Shown here: one piece after another, positions 20,731 to 32,400 of the stretch
How the letters are laid out: every line of letters starts with the position of its first letter
Position numbering within the stretch: the stretch's first letter is position 1
Source of the DNA: Chrysochromulina tobinii
Lineage: Eukaryota
Direction: 5' to 3'
Length of the DNA: 42,888 nt
NCBI GenBank assembly: GCA_001275005.1
Contig: JWZX01002747.1
Location: 1 to 42,888, forward strand
Notes under the pieces: generated by a model
The model's input: only the letters and a program-made list of their open reading frames with translations
The model's database searches: none
What the model was told of the DNA's origin: nothing
Translations under genes and position numbers: made by a program

Positions 20731-21085
20731 TGGATATGGCCTGATAGAATTGACAAGATAGCGACACAGGGAGGCTACAGTATTTGGACCCTAGGCGCAG
20801 AGGCTGTAGGCTCGCGAAAGGGAGCCGTTGCGCAGTACTTCGCACCTGGATCGAGGAGCGCCGAGCCGCCATGCGAGCCGCCGAGCGTTTGACCCAAAGG
20901 GGTAGGGGGAGGTATTCTTTCTGGAGAGGACAGGGTACATCCCTTGGCCCCAAACAGTCATGACACTATCCGCTTGCTGGTAGATTGGACCGGGTCACAA
21001 GGGTCAATTGTACCCCTTTGCGCGAAACATGTCGAAATCGGCCGAAACCAGCCGCGCTCGCTTTTGCTGAACTCAAACGCTGTTG

Positions 21086-22090
21086 ATGATGTCGCAGAGC
21101 GACAAATCGGCCGAGGATGACGCCATATCCCTTGGTTCCGAGGACAGCTCTGACGATGATGCGGATGATGACGACTATGTGCCCCCCGAGCAGCGCGGCA
21201 TCAAGAAGAAGCGGTCTAAGAAGCCGCGCAAGCCCAAGCAACCCGATCTCGTCGCCCTCAGCCTGCCTAAGCCCACGCGTCGCCTTGATCCGGACCTCGA
21301 TCTTGGCGATGCGGCGCTAAGCGGCTGCTCCTTCGACGATCTTGACATTTCCGGGTGGTGCGCGATCCCGGGATGGCAGCGCCGGGAGGGGTTTCTGCCA
21401 TCGAGTGCTCCCGCAAGCGCAAAGCTCCAGTTGCTCCCAGGTCGGCGCCCGACTCGCGGTGCGCCCGAGGACGTTCGGGTGGCCGAGTACCGCGCCATCT
21501 ACAGCGTGCAGCTCCCTGGGATGCCCTTCTACCACTCCGACGTTTGCCACGCGCTCCTCACCCTCGACCCGGCCGGCGAGGACGTCAGCGGCGGCGCCAC
21601 CTTTCGAATCGGGCTCCTCAGGACGAAAGAGCCGAGAGGTGGGCCGGTGCTCGTGTTCGACGTGCTCGCTCTGGCCGTGCACCCAGAGCGTGCACGTGGC
21701 GGCGTCGGCTCGATGCTCGTCAGCAGCCTCAAGGCCATGGCCCGCAAAGAGGCGGCGGCGCGCGGCGTGAGGCCGCTCCTTTTGACACAGGCAGACCTTT
21801 CGTGCATCGGGTTCTGGGCGAAGCAATCGTTTGCTCGAGCTCACGACGCGAACGCGCTCGTGCGCAGCCTACGCCGCGCGTCCGGTCATACGATCTTTGA
21901 CGGCGCGACGCCGATGGCTCTCGCCCTTCCAGATGCAAAGACGCCCGCCAAGGTAGGCCTAGCAAAGGCCGCCGCCGCCATCACGAAGAAGCGTCGCGCA
22001 TCGCTCTCGGCTGGTTCACGCGTGGCGCCAGTCGTCAAGTCGGCGAGGAGTGCGCAAGAGAATGATGCGGCCTTGAAGAATCACATTTGA
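21086..22090 (+). CDS. GNAT-family acetyltransferase, GCN5-like C-terminal motifs, probably nuclear
   Basis: Motif A VLALAVHPERARGGVGSMLV and motif B LTQADLSCIGFWAKQSF (cf. GCN5 LTYAD..AIGYFKKQGF). Acidic N-terminus and basic NLS-like KKKRSKKPRK. Confidence 0.75.
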   Translation: MMSQSDKSAEDDAISLGSEDSSDDDADDDDYVPPEQRGIKKKRSKKPRKPKQPDLVALSLPKPTRRLDPDLDLGDAALSGCSFDDLDISGWCAIPGWQRREGFLPSSAPASAKLQLLPGRRPTRGAPEDVRVAEYRAIYSVQLPGMPFYHSDVCHALLTLDPAGEDVSGGATFRIGLLRTKEPRGGPVLVFDVLALAVHPERARGGVGSMLVSSLKAMARKEAAARGVRPLLLTQADLSCIGFWAKQSFARAHDANALVRSLRRASGHTIFDGATPMALALPDAKTPAKVGLAKAAAAITKKRRASLSAGSRVAPVVKSARSAQENDAALKNHI

Positions 22091-22356
22091 GCGAACCGGC
22101 GTTCAGACAAGTTCAGACTTCAGTGCGCCGTTTTCCAGACGGACACACGGACTATCTAGTCGGGTACACGTACGGAGCATGCTGCTCGGTGTACGGCCGC
22201 GGAGCCCGAGTACTAGTAAGGCCCTACTAGCGGTACCACGCACAGAGTGAGTAAGTTTTATCTGAACGAGCTACCCTACAGTATTGAAGGGTGCTACCTA
22301 CCTAGATTGAGGGGCACTACGCGTGGGTGCCCGTGACCCACTGTGGGCTTTCCTTG

Positions 22357-23037
22357 CTACCTCTCGCGGGGCACTACCGTTGGTGCCCGTGGGACCAAAA
22401 AGGGCTTTCCGGGCTGCATGAGCAGATCGCACTCATCCTCGGCGCACTGCACCAGCGATGGTCTCGTCACCGCCTGCTCCGTCGCGCACACGTCGTCGGT
22501 CGAGCCCAGCAGCTGACACCCTAGAATGGAGGGCTCGAGCGGCCGGTATATGAGACGCCCGCTGCGCTCCCACCGCACACGCATCGCTTCAAAGTCCTCC
22601 GCCAAGACATGGCAGCGGCCCATGGCGACCTCTTGCAGCAGCGGTTCCAGCCACTCCTTTCCCATGGCTCGGAGGTTGCCTCCCACGCCGAGGACGACTG
22701 CCTGCCGGCGCCACTCGTATATGTCCACATCATCTTCTATGCCTCGTCTCCTTGCCTCGTCTCCGAGCCACTGCTGACACGACTCCGGAGTTGGTCGCAC
22801 CATTGGCCCGTGACAGATGATCCTGGTCGCAAACGGAGCACACTTTGCCTTTACGAGCAGCCACATGAGTAATGTGCCGCCGCCCACGAGGTGCACCTCA
22901 GAGTAGCGCTTGCTTCGGGGCAGCGCGTCCGGCGTCACGCTCGCCCAGCCGCGTGGCGTTGCTATGTTGACTGACGGGTTGAGCAGGATGGAGCCGTCAT
23001 GGAGCCTGCTGTGTGATGTGTGCGGACCCGACCACAT
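22357..23037 (-). CDS. Hypothetical protein (possibly the 3' exon of a spliced gene)
   Basis: Open frame preceded on the minus strand by an intron-like repeat and a catcag acceptor at about 23038. No recognisable domain. Confidence 0.3.
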   Translation of the reverse strand: MWSGPHTSHSRLHDGSILLNPSVNIATPRGWASVTPDALPRSKRYSEVHLVGGGTLLMWLLVKAKCAPFATRIICHGPMVRPTPESCQQWLGDEARRRGIEDDVDIYEWRRQAVVLGVGGNLRAMGKEWLEPLLQEVAMGRCHVLAEDFEAMRVRWERSGRLIYRPLEPSILGCQLLGSTDDVCATEQAVTRPSLVQCAEDECDLLMQPGKPFLVPRAPTVVPRER

Positions 23038-23423
23038 CTGATGGCCACTGATGGCCAATGTAGCCTCTGATGGCTTCTGAGTGCCACTGAGTGCCACCTG
23101 TGTGCTTCGGAGGGCGGGCGAGTACTTGGGTGTCAAACCTATGTGCGCAATGAAATGGAAGGGCGTGCCTCTCGCGAACCTACCTTGATCTGCAGTGAAG
23201 GGGTTGGAGATCTGTGGAGTCTGTGAAGAGTGCGTGAAGCGTGAACGTTAAGATGACGAAGACCCGACCGCGCGTTCTGTCCCTGCGTCACAAGCGGGCT
23301 TCTTCGAACTTCCCTTGTCGCATGCAACGCCCACTTCCAGTTGGACTTTTTGAGCGCACCCGCTCCCTTTTGGTGCGGCCCCTCCTCACCGGCTGCGGCC
23401 CCTCCTCACCGGCCGTAACCCCG

Positions 23424-26400
23424 ATGGTGCGGCGCGGCGCGGGTCGCATCACGGCTCAAGACATCACGCGCATGGGTGGCGAGGGTGGCGTGCCTACGGT
23501 CGTGGCCATGCTCGTCAAAACGGCCACGACCGGCGACCAGGAGGCCCGGGAGAGCGCAGCCGTCGCCCTGTGCAGCCTGGCTGGACAGAACCACTTTGAA
23601 CATTGTCAGGTTGTGTACGAGGCGGGAGCCGTGGGACCGCTGGTGAGTATTTTGGCCACCGGCACCAGCAAGGCGCAGGGCGCAGCCGCGGGTGCTCTCC
23701 ACGCGCTCTGTACCGACAAGCCCGAGATCCAATCGGCGATCGTTGCGGCAGGCGCGATCGTGCCGCTCGTGAAGCTGCTCAAGTCGGGCGGCTCGAAAGT
23801 GCAGGAGGCGGCGGCCTCCGCGCTCGCCGCGCTGAACGCCGAGCCGTCCTACCAGAAGCCTATGCTCGCCGCGGGCTGCATACAGCCGCTGGTCGCGATG
23901 CTGATCAACTCGTCAGCGGCGGCGCAAGCGTTTGCGTCGCAGGCGCTCGCGAACGCCGCCCAGTACGACGCTGTCGAAGGGCAGGCGGCGATCGTGAAGG
24001 CGGGCGCGATCCCGCTGCTCCTACAGCTCCTTAGCGTGGGCAAGGCACAGACGCCCGCCGCGGATGCCATCGCGCACCTGTGCGAACGCAATCGCGAGAT
24101 CCAGCTGAGAGTGGCTCAAGCTGGTGGTATCGCTCCTCTGCTGATGCTCCTCAATTTGCGCAGCAAGGACTCGCAGGTGGCCGCGGCGGCCGCGCTCGCC
24201 GAGCTCGCGCGCGACAATGTCGAGACGCAGACGCTCATCGCCAAGGCGGGCGGCATTGGGCCGTTGCAGGCGTTGCTCAGCTCGCGATACCCGATGGTCC
24301 AATCGAAGGTGGCAGGATTGATGATTGCATGCTGAGTGCCGATGGTCCAATCGAAGGTGGCAGGATTGATGAGTGCATGCTGAGTGCCGATGGTCCAATC
24401 GAAGGTGCTGGCAGGATTGATGAGTGCATGCTGAGTGCATGCTGAGTGCGTGCTGAGAGTGCGTGCTGAGAGTGCGTGCTGAGAGTGCGTACTGATTGCA
24501 TGTTGATTGCGTGCTGACGGTCACCTCCGATGGTCGATCGTAGGGGAGCGCCGCCTTGGGCGAGCTCGCGCGCAACAACAAGGAGATCCAGGACGCGATC
24601 TCGCGCATGGGCGGGCTCAAGCTGCTCGTCCAGCTGCTCGACACCGAGAAGAATCCCGATGCGGACGTCCAAGCGCATGTTGCGCACGCGATGATGGAGA
24701 TCACGTGCGGCAACCCGGCGAACCAAAAGGCGGTCGTCCAGATGGGTGGGGTCTTGCACCTCTCGTCCCTGATGAAGCTGTCGCAGAGCGGGCCCGTGAA
24801 GGCAGAGGTCGCGGGGGCGCTCTGGTCCCTGTCCGAGGCCACCGACATCAAGGTCGCCATCGCGGACGCGTCGACCATCGGGCCACTCGTGATGCTGCTC
24901 GGGATGGGGCATGCCTTCTCGTCCAAGCGCGCGGCCGCAGCCCTCGGCTCCCTCGGGCGCGACAACGAGGCGAACCAGATCCAAGTGACGCAGATGCTCA
25001 TCGAGCTGCTCTCCACCGGATCCGAAGCGGCGCAGCAGCGAGCGGCCCAGGCGCTGTGGAGCCTCGTCAAGGAAAACCCGAGCGCGCACGACGCGATTGC
25101 TCGGGCGGGCGATCCGGCGGCCTTGGTCGAGCTGCTCATCAAAGGCATCCCCGACGCACAGGACTATGCGCTCTGGTCTCTCTCTCTCTCCATCTCGCCT
25201 GCGTGCCAGGCGGTGGTCGCCCAGTCCGGCGGCGTGGCCAAGCTCATCGACAAGCTCGCAGATCTCCGCGTGGAGATACAGCAGCAGGCCGCCGATGCGC
25301 TGTCCAAGCTCGCGCTCAATAACGAGGAGACCCGAGCGGCGATCACGAAGCAGGGAGGAGTGCTACCCCTCATCAACCTCATACGACCAGATCGCCGACC
25401 ACCCTCGCCTGAGGTGGTGCTCGAGAACGCCGCCAAGGCCCTCGCGGACCTCGCCATCGATCCGGGAGCTCGCGACAAGATTGTGTCGGCCGGCGGCATC
25501 CCGCCGCTTGTGGTCTTGCTGCAGGAGCGACGAGTGCCCCTTGATGGCGACCTGAGTGTGCCCTGATGGCCTCAATCATCAGCTGAGCGCCGCTCGTGCT
25601 CTTGCTGCACAGGAGCACGGGAGTGTAGCCAAGCGCTTCGCGGCCACCGCCCTGGCACGTCTCTCAACAGACCATGAGGCGACGCAGCTCGCTATTGCCG
25701 AGGCGGGCGCCATTGCTCCCCTTGTGCTACTCCTCGATGGTTCTGAAGGAACCGAAGCGCAGACCGAGTCCGCGGGCGCACTCCATGCCCTCGCGTCAAA
25801 CGAGCACAACCGGCTCGCCATCACCGAATGTGACGGCATCGGGTTGATCACGAACGTGCTCGCGTGCGACAACGAGCGCGCACGCAAGCTCGCCGAAGGT
25901 GCGCTCGTGCGACTCTCGATCGAGCATGCAAACCGCGCGCTCATCATCAAGAAGCTCGTCGAGATGCTCCAGAACCCCGATGCGCTCCTAGGGCAAGAGC
26001 AGGCATGCTGAGTACCTACCCCAGAGTACCTACCCCAGAGTACTCTGCCCCGTGAGTACCTACCCCGGAGAGAGTAGTTCCCCTGGGGACCCCGGAAAGG
26101 CTCTAATGGCATCCGAGTGCCCTTCTCTCGCGTGCAGTCGGCGGCGGCCCTGTCCAATTTGGCGCGCGAGTCGGAGGGCAATCGCAACTGCATCATCGAG
26201 GCGAATGGCATCCCGCCACTGCTAGCTCTCCTCGACTCGCACAATCCAAGGTCACTTGCAGGCTGATTGCGCCAGAGTGCATGCTGATTGCCTCCCTCGT
26301 CCGCCGCTGCTCGCTCTCCTTGACTCGCACAACCCACAGGTCAAAGCAGAGCTCGGTGCTCGACCACGACAACCCACGACCGCATGCAAGTAATCATTTG

Positions 26401-29400
26401 GCGCCACCCCACCCCTTCCCACAGGTCAAAGGAGAACTCGGTGCTTGCGATCACGGAGCTATGCCGCAAGAGTAAACCCAACCAGACCGCCTTCTCCGAA
26501 GCGGGGGGCATCCCCAAGCTCGTGTCTGTCCTCCTCGGGTTCAGTCCAGGGGGCACCAAGGACTACTCCTTCATACGCCTATGTACACTCGTGGCGGAGG
26601 CCATCAAGGAGATGGCCAAGGGCAATCAGGCGAACCAGGATGCGATCGCCGAAGCGGGGGCCATCCCGCCAATCGTGGCTATGCTCGGCTCGACCGAGCC
26701 GCAGATGCAATCCAACGCCGCGGCGGCGATCGCCAGCCTCGCGCGCACTCACTTTGAGAATCAGGGCATGGTCGCGCGCACGGGCGCGGTGGCTCCGCTC
26801 TGCACCCTCGTGCGCGATGGCTCTGACGAGGCTCGTGATCGGAGTGCGAGCGCGATCTGGTCGCTCGCGACTGACCACCCCTTCAATAAGGATACGATCG
26901 CCAAGCTGGGCGGCATTGACCCTCTCCTTGGTCTGCTCGTTACGGGCACCTCGGACAAGTCGCAGGAGTGCGTCACAGGCGCTCTGAGTGCAGGGCCCCT
27001 CTGAGTGCATGGTGATGGACTCTGAGTGCACGTCGATTGTCCTCCCTCATCAGATGCGTCTCCGGCGCCCTCTGCGCTCTATCCGCAAAGCATGTCGACA
27101 ATCGCGCCCTCATCTCAAAGCGTCTAGTTGGGCTCCTCGGCTCTCCGGCGGCCAAGGCTGCGGACCGAGCCGTGCGTGTGCTCATGACGTGCGGCGCCTT
27201 CGCCTCCGACAGCTACGCCAACCAGGTCCGCTCGCATAGATCGGCCGCATCCCCTTGGTCGAATCGCAACAGAGATTGACCGCATCCAAGTACCCTCGAC
27301 TGATGCTGATTGCGTCTGAGTACCCTCAATTGCATGCTGATTGCGTCTGAGTGCATGCTGATTGCCTCACCCCTCAGGTGGCGCTCGCTAAGATCGGTGG
27401 TATCCCCTTACTTGTCCAATGGCTCGCGGGCCCGGCGATCAACGTGCAGGCGCAGGCAGCTCAAGCGCTTCTGTGCACAGTGATCGAGAACCCGATGACC
27501 CAGGTCCTAGTGGCCAAATGCCAGGGGATTGCGCCGCTCATCAAGCTCATTCAGCGGAGCTCGCCCCAAGCTCAGGACTGTGCGGCGCGCGCGATGTTCC
27601 ACATCGCCTCCATCGTCGACAACCAGACCCTGATTGCCGACGCGGGGGCTATCAAGCCCTTCGTCCAGATGATCATCGGGAATGAGAAGCTGACGCCGAA
27701 GGAGAACGAGGCTCCCCAGGAGCTTGCGGCCATCAACCTCGTGCGCCTCACGCGCGGAACGCCCGCGATCTCGGAGGCCATCGCCGAGCGCGGCGGCATC
27801 AAGCCCCTCGTGAGGCTGCTCAACGAGGGTTCTCCCGGCGCCATCTACTGGGCCTGCGCTTGCCTCGCCGAGCTTGCCCTGGTGCCCAAGAATCGAGATC
27901 TGATCGCCGCGGCGGGGGGCATCAAGCGGCTGAGCGAGCTGCTGATCTCGCCGGCGATGGGCACGCCCGAGATTGCAGCTCGCACGATCTCGCACCTCGT
28001 GATCGCCGACCATGAGGGCGCCGCTCGTCACGACGCCGAGGAGTCGAGCACTCATCGCGGCGCCGAGTCGGGCGCCAGCAGCTTGGTCGGTGGCTCCGAT
28101 GAGCGCAGGAAGATGTTCCACGAAGAGAAGGGGACGAAGCGGCTCATCTCGATGCTCGATGGCTCCAACCTGCACGGCCTTCAGTGTTTCATGATCCGTC
28201 CTATCGGGCTTGCATGCGAAAAGTGCGAGATCGGGATGCAAGAGCAAGCGGCCGCCGCACTTGCCGACCTGGCATACAAGAGCTCCGCGATGCAAGACGC
28301 CATCATTGAGCTCGGCGGCATCCCCAGCCTCATCCAGTTCATTCGGCAAATCCCTCCCTCGAAGGTTGGGCAGGAGCATGCGGTGCGTCCTCGGCATGTA
28401 TTCGACCTGCCGCCGCAGATTGAGACCTTGGATTGCGTCTCCGAGAGGGTCTCTGCGTGCCTTGGATTGCTATTGGATTGCGTCTCCGAGAGGGTCTCTG
28501 CGTGCCTTGGATTGCGTCTCCGATAAGGTCTCTGCGTGCCTCGATCGTTGCATGCAGGTGCGCGCCATCCTCAATCTGTCGCAGCAGATTGAGAACCAGA
28601 ATGCCATCGTCGAGTGCTGCACCATCCCTGAGCTTGTGCAGCTCACCAAGACAGGCTCGCAGAAGGCGATGGAGATCGCCGCCGCAGGGCTGTCGGAGCT
28701 AGCGAGTGGGGCAATAGCCGAGCGCGAGAGACACAAGGCGATGGCCCTCGGTATCGATGTGGACTCGTTGAAGCGCTTGGGTAGTGTCGGCTTCTCGGAA
28801 TCTTCCGGTGTGACGCCGAGCATGTCGCACACCGCCGCGTTCCGTGTGCTCGACACGCAGGCAACGGGGAGCATCACGGTCGAGGTGCTCAAGGCGGCGC
28901 TCTTGCCTAAATTGGAAGCCGACGGCTCCGCGTCTAAGGTTTCGCTCAAGGTTTCGTCCGAAGACGTCCAGCAGCTGATCGATGTGGTGGACGAGAACGG
29001 CGACGGCGAGCTGCAGCTCGGTGAGTTTGAGATTTTCTGGAAGAGCTTTCAGGCGAAGCACGGGTTGGAGGTCGAGATAGCCCCCGTCGCAGGCACGAGT
29101 GCCGAGGCGCTTGAGGGAGGGGAGGAGGAGGAGGGTCGAAGCTCGGACCGGCTGGTGCTCATCGCCGAAGCGGGAGGTGCGCGCGCGCGATCGCGATCCA
29201 TCCCTTTCCACAGCTTTCTACCACCTCTGTCGCCGCATGAGCTCAACATAAGCTCAAGAGGCCGCGCCCATTGAATGCGTCTCTGAAGTGGCCTCCCTCG
29301 TTGCACGCAGGGATCACTCCTTTGGTCTCGATGCTCTCCTCGGCCAATCGGCTTGCGCGCGAGAATGCGGCGGGCGCGCTGATGCACCTCGCTCAGGATC

Positions 29401-32400
29401 CTCTGAATCGTGTGGCCATCGCTCGTGCGCCGCTGACCTTCGATCCCCGGCCCTCGGGCAGGCGCCCATCCTTGTACCATCCGTATACCATGCTGGCTCC
29501 CCCTTCTGTTCCTCACCGGAGAGCTTCGTGAATCGACCCCCGTGACCGCAGGGGCCAACGGCATCCTGCCCCTCGTGAACATCCTCGACGATGGCACAGA
29601 CCTCGCCCACGAGCATGCGGCAGAAGCGCTCCTGCGGCTCGCGACCAATAACGTCGAGAACCAGATCCAGTCGAGCAAGAACCTCGTCGCGCTGCTTGCC
29701 AACGAGAACACGGGCACCCAGCGGCGAACGGCCCACGTCATCTCGGAACTGGCGGCGATGAACCCGAGCTCGCCGGTGAGCGCGGGCGCGATCTTGCCCC
29801 TGGCTCCGATGATCTCTTGAGTGCCCCTTGAGTGTCTCTTGAGTGTCTCTTGAGTGTCTCTTGAGTGCCTCCTGATTCCCTCCCTCGTCAGGTGATCATC
29901 GTGAACGCGGGCGCGATCTCGCCCCTCGTCAATTTGCTCTCCGTGGGCGTGCTCGAGGTCAAGAAGGAGGTCTCGCGTGCTCTGATGAATCTGTCGCTAC
30001 GATCTCTGTCGACACAGCTCGCCATCGCCGCTTCACTCGTGGCACTGCTGGGCACGGGCACGGCCGAGGCACAGGAGCACGTGGGGCTCCTGCTCCTGAC
30101 GCTCGCGGACGACGCGGACAACCTCGCCGCCATCTCGAAGACGGGCGCCATCCGCGGCCTCGTGCTTCAGATGAAGGGCAACGACAAGCACACCTCGGTC
30201 AAAGCTCAGGAACTCGCGGCCGCGGTGCTCTCGCACCTGTCGCAGGCATCCGACGGCAACGTCGACACGATCGCCGCCAACAACGGCATCCGTTCGCTCG
30301 TCGCACTCCTCTCGTCCGAATCGTCTGTCGCACAGGCGAAGGCATCCGCCGTCCTGGGCGACCTCGCCCGGCGATCCACCCGGAACAAGAATCTGATCCT
30401 CGCCGAGGGAGCGGTGCCCATCCTCGTCAATCTGATCAACGACCGCACGCGGAACGAGCAGACCAACCAATGGAAGGAGACGCCCTCGGCCACACGGGCC
30501 GAGGCGGCGGGGGCGCTGCAGTTCCTTGCGAGTGGACAGCCGGATACTCAGCGCCTCGTCGCCGAAGCAGGCGCTCTCAAACGGCTCGTGGCGCTCTTGG
30601 ACCTCGACGATCAATATGTGCGCCAGCGAGGCGCTGGGGCCATCGCAGCACTCTGCAAGGAGAACACGGAGAACCAAGACGCCGTCGAGAGCTACTCTGG
30701 CATTCTCAAGCTCGTGTCCCTGCTCGACCCTGGGCTCGCTGCCGACGTATTGCGAAGCTACGTGGCGTGCGCCCTCTCCGTGCTGGCGAGCGGCAACCGC
30801 AAGATCCAAGAGAAGGTGGCGTCGGCGGGAGGCGTTGAGCCCCTCGTGCGGCTCCTCGACGAGCCTACCGCGAGCCGTGCCAAAGAAGAGGTGATTGCAT
30901 CTGATGGCCTCTGATGGCGTCTGATGGCGTCTGATTGCTCGACGAGTCGTGCCAAGGAAGAGTCTAGGAAGAGTCGCCTGATCGTCCCTGATGGCATCTG
31001 AGTGCGTCTGATGGCGTCTCTCATCGATGGCTCGTCGTGCTGCAGGCGGCTTCGGCCCTCTGGTCGCTTGCGACGGAGAATCACGAGGCGCAGCAGGCGA
31101 TCGCTGCGGCGGGCGGCATCGCGGCCCTCGTCCACGTCCTCGGGCTCGGCACTGCCACCGGCTTCGTGAGCGATCGGACGTATGAGCAAGCCGCCGGCGC
31201 GCTCGCCGCCCTCGCCCTCGACAACCCGAGCAACGAGCAGTCGATTGCGCAGCAACTGGTGGCGCTGCTCGGCTCGACGGACCTGCAGGCCGCTGCGCGT
31301 GCCGCTCGCGCGATCGCCAACTTTGCGCGCGCCAACGCCCCCGAGTCGACTGGGCTGCGAGAGTACACGCCGGTGCTGAGTGCTCGGACGCAAGCGCAGG
31401 CACGGAATCAAGCCGCAGTAGCCGTGGCCGGGGGAGTGGCTCTGCTGGTGACGCTGCTCGACCCGAAGCACAATCCATCGATCGACGGGCAGCGGGAGAT
31501 GGCGGCGGCGGTCTGGGCGATGGCGGCACGGAATCCGGACAACCAGCGAGGCGTGGCGGAGGCCGGAGGCATCCCATCCCTCATTGCCCTCCTCCATGGC
31601 CCTCCAGATGTGCACCGTGACGTTGCCGGTGCTCTCTGGAGCTTGGCCGGGAACCCTGGAAATCCGGACAACCAGCAGACCATTGCAGAGGCGGGAGGCA
31701 TCGTGAGTGGACGCCTCTCGATAAGCCCTCGATGACCCTCTCGATAGGCCCTCGATGGCCCATCGATTGCGCCTTGATGATGTATTGATGATGGTCTCGT
31801 GTGTGTGTCGTGTGCAGGCGCCACTAGTCTGCCTTCTCAGGACGGGCAGCCTCGGCGCTCAGGAGACCTCCGCTGGCGCTCTGCTCTGGCTGGCTGAGTC
31901 GCAGACGAACCGGGTCTCGATTGCGGACGCCGGCGCCATCCCTCTGCTCGTCTCACTGCTCGATGGCGGCTCCGAGGAGGTGAAGGAGCAAGCGGCGGGG
32001 GCGCTCCAGATGCTCGTCAAGAACAACCTCTCGAACCAAAAGGACATAGCCGAGGGACTCGTCGAGCTCTTGGCCACCGGCTCCGCCTCCGCGCAGGAGC
32101 ACGTGACGCAACTGCTCAAGAATCTCGCCCGAGATCCCGAGAACCGCGCCTCGATCGCCAAGGCAGGCGCGGTTCCGGAGCTTGTGAGGCAACTGGAGCG
32201 CGGATCGCCTAAGGCGATGGGGATGGCGGCCCAGGGCCTCGCCCTCATCGCGCTGCGTTCAGCCGAATTCCGATCGGTCGTGACTCAGGAGCGTTCTCCT
32301 GAGCGTTCTCCTGAGTGCATCAGATTGCTCCTGATTTCCGATCGGTCGTGATTCAGGAGCGTTCTCCTGAGCGTTCTCCTGAGTGCATCAGATTGCTCCT

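Noticed and set aside
367..22090. A wider sterol gene cluster around the CYP51 fusion
   Set aside because: The neighbours (PP2Cs, RING-TPR, GNAT) are unrelated, and the FAD enzyme shows no features I can tie to squalene epoxidase.
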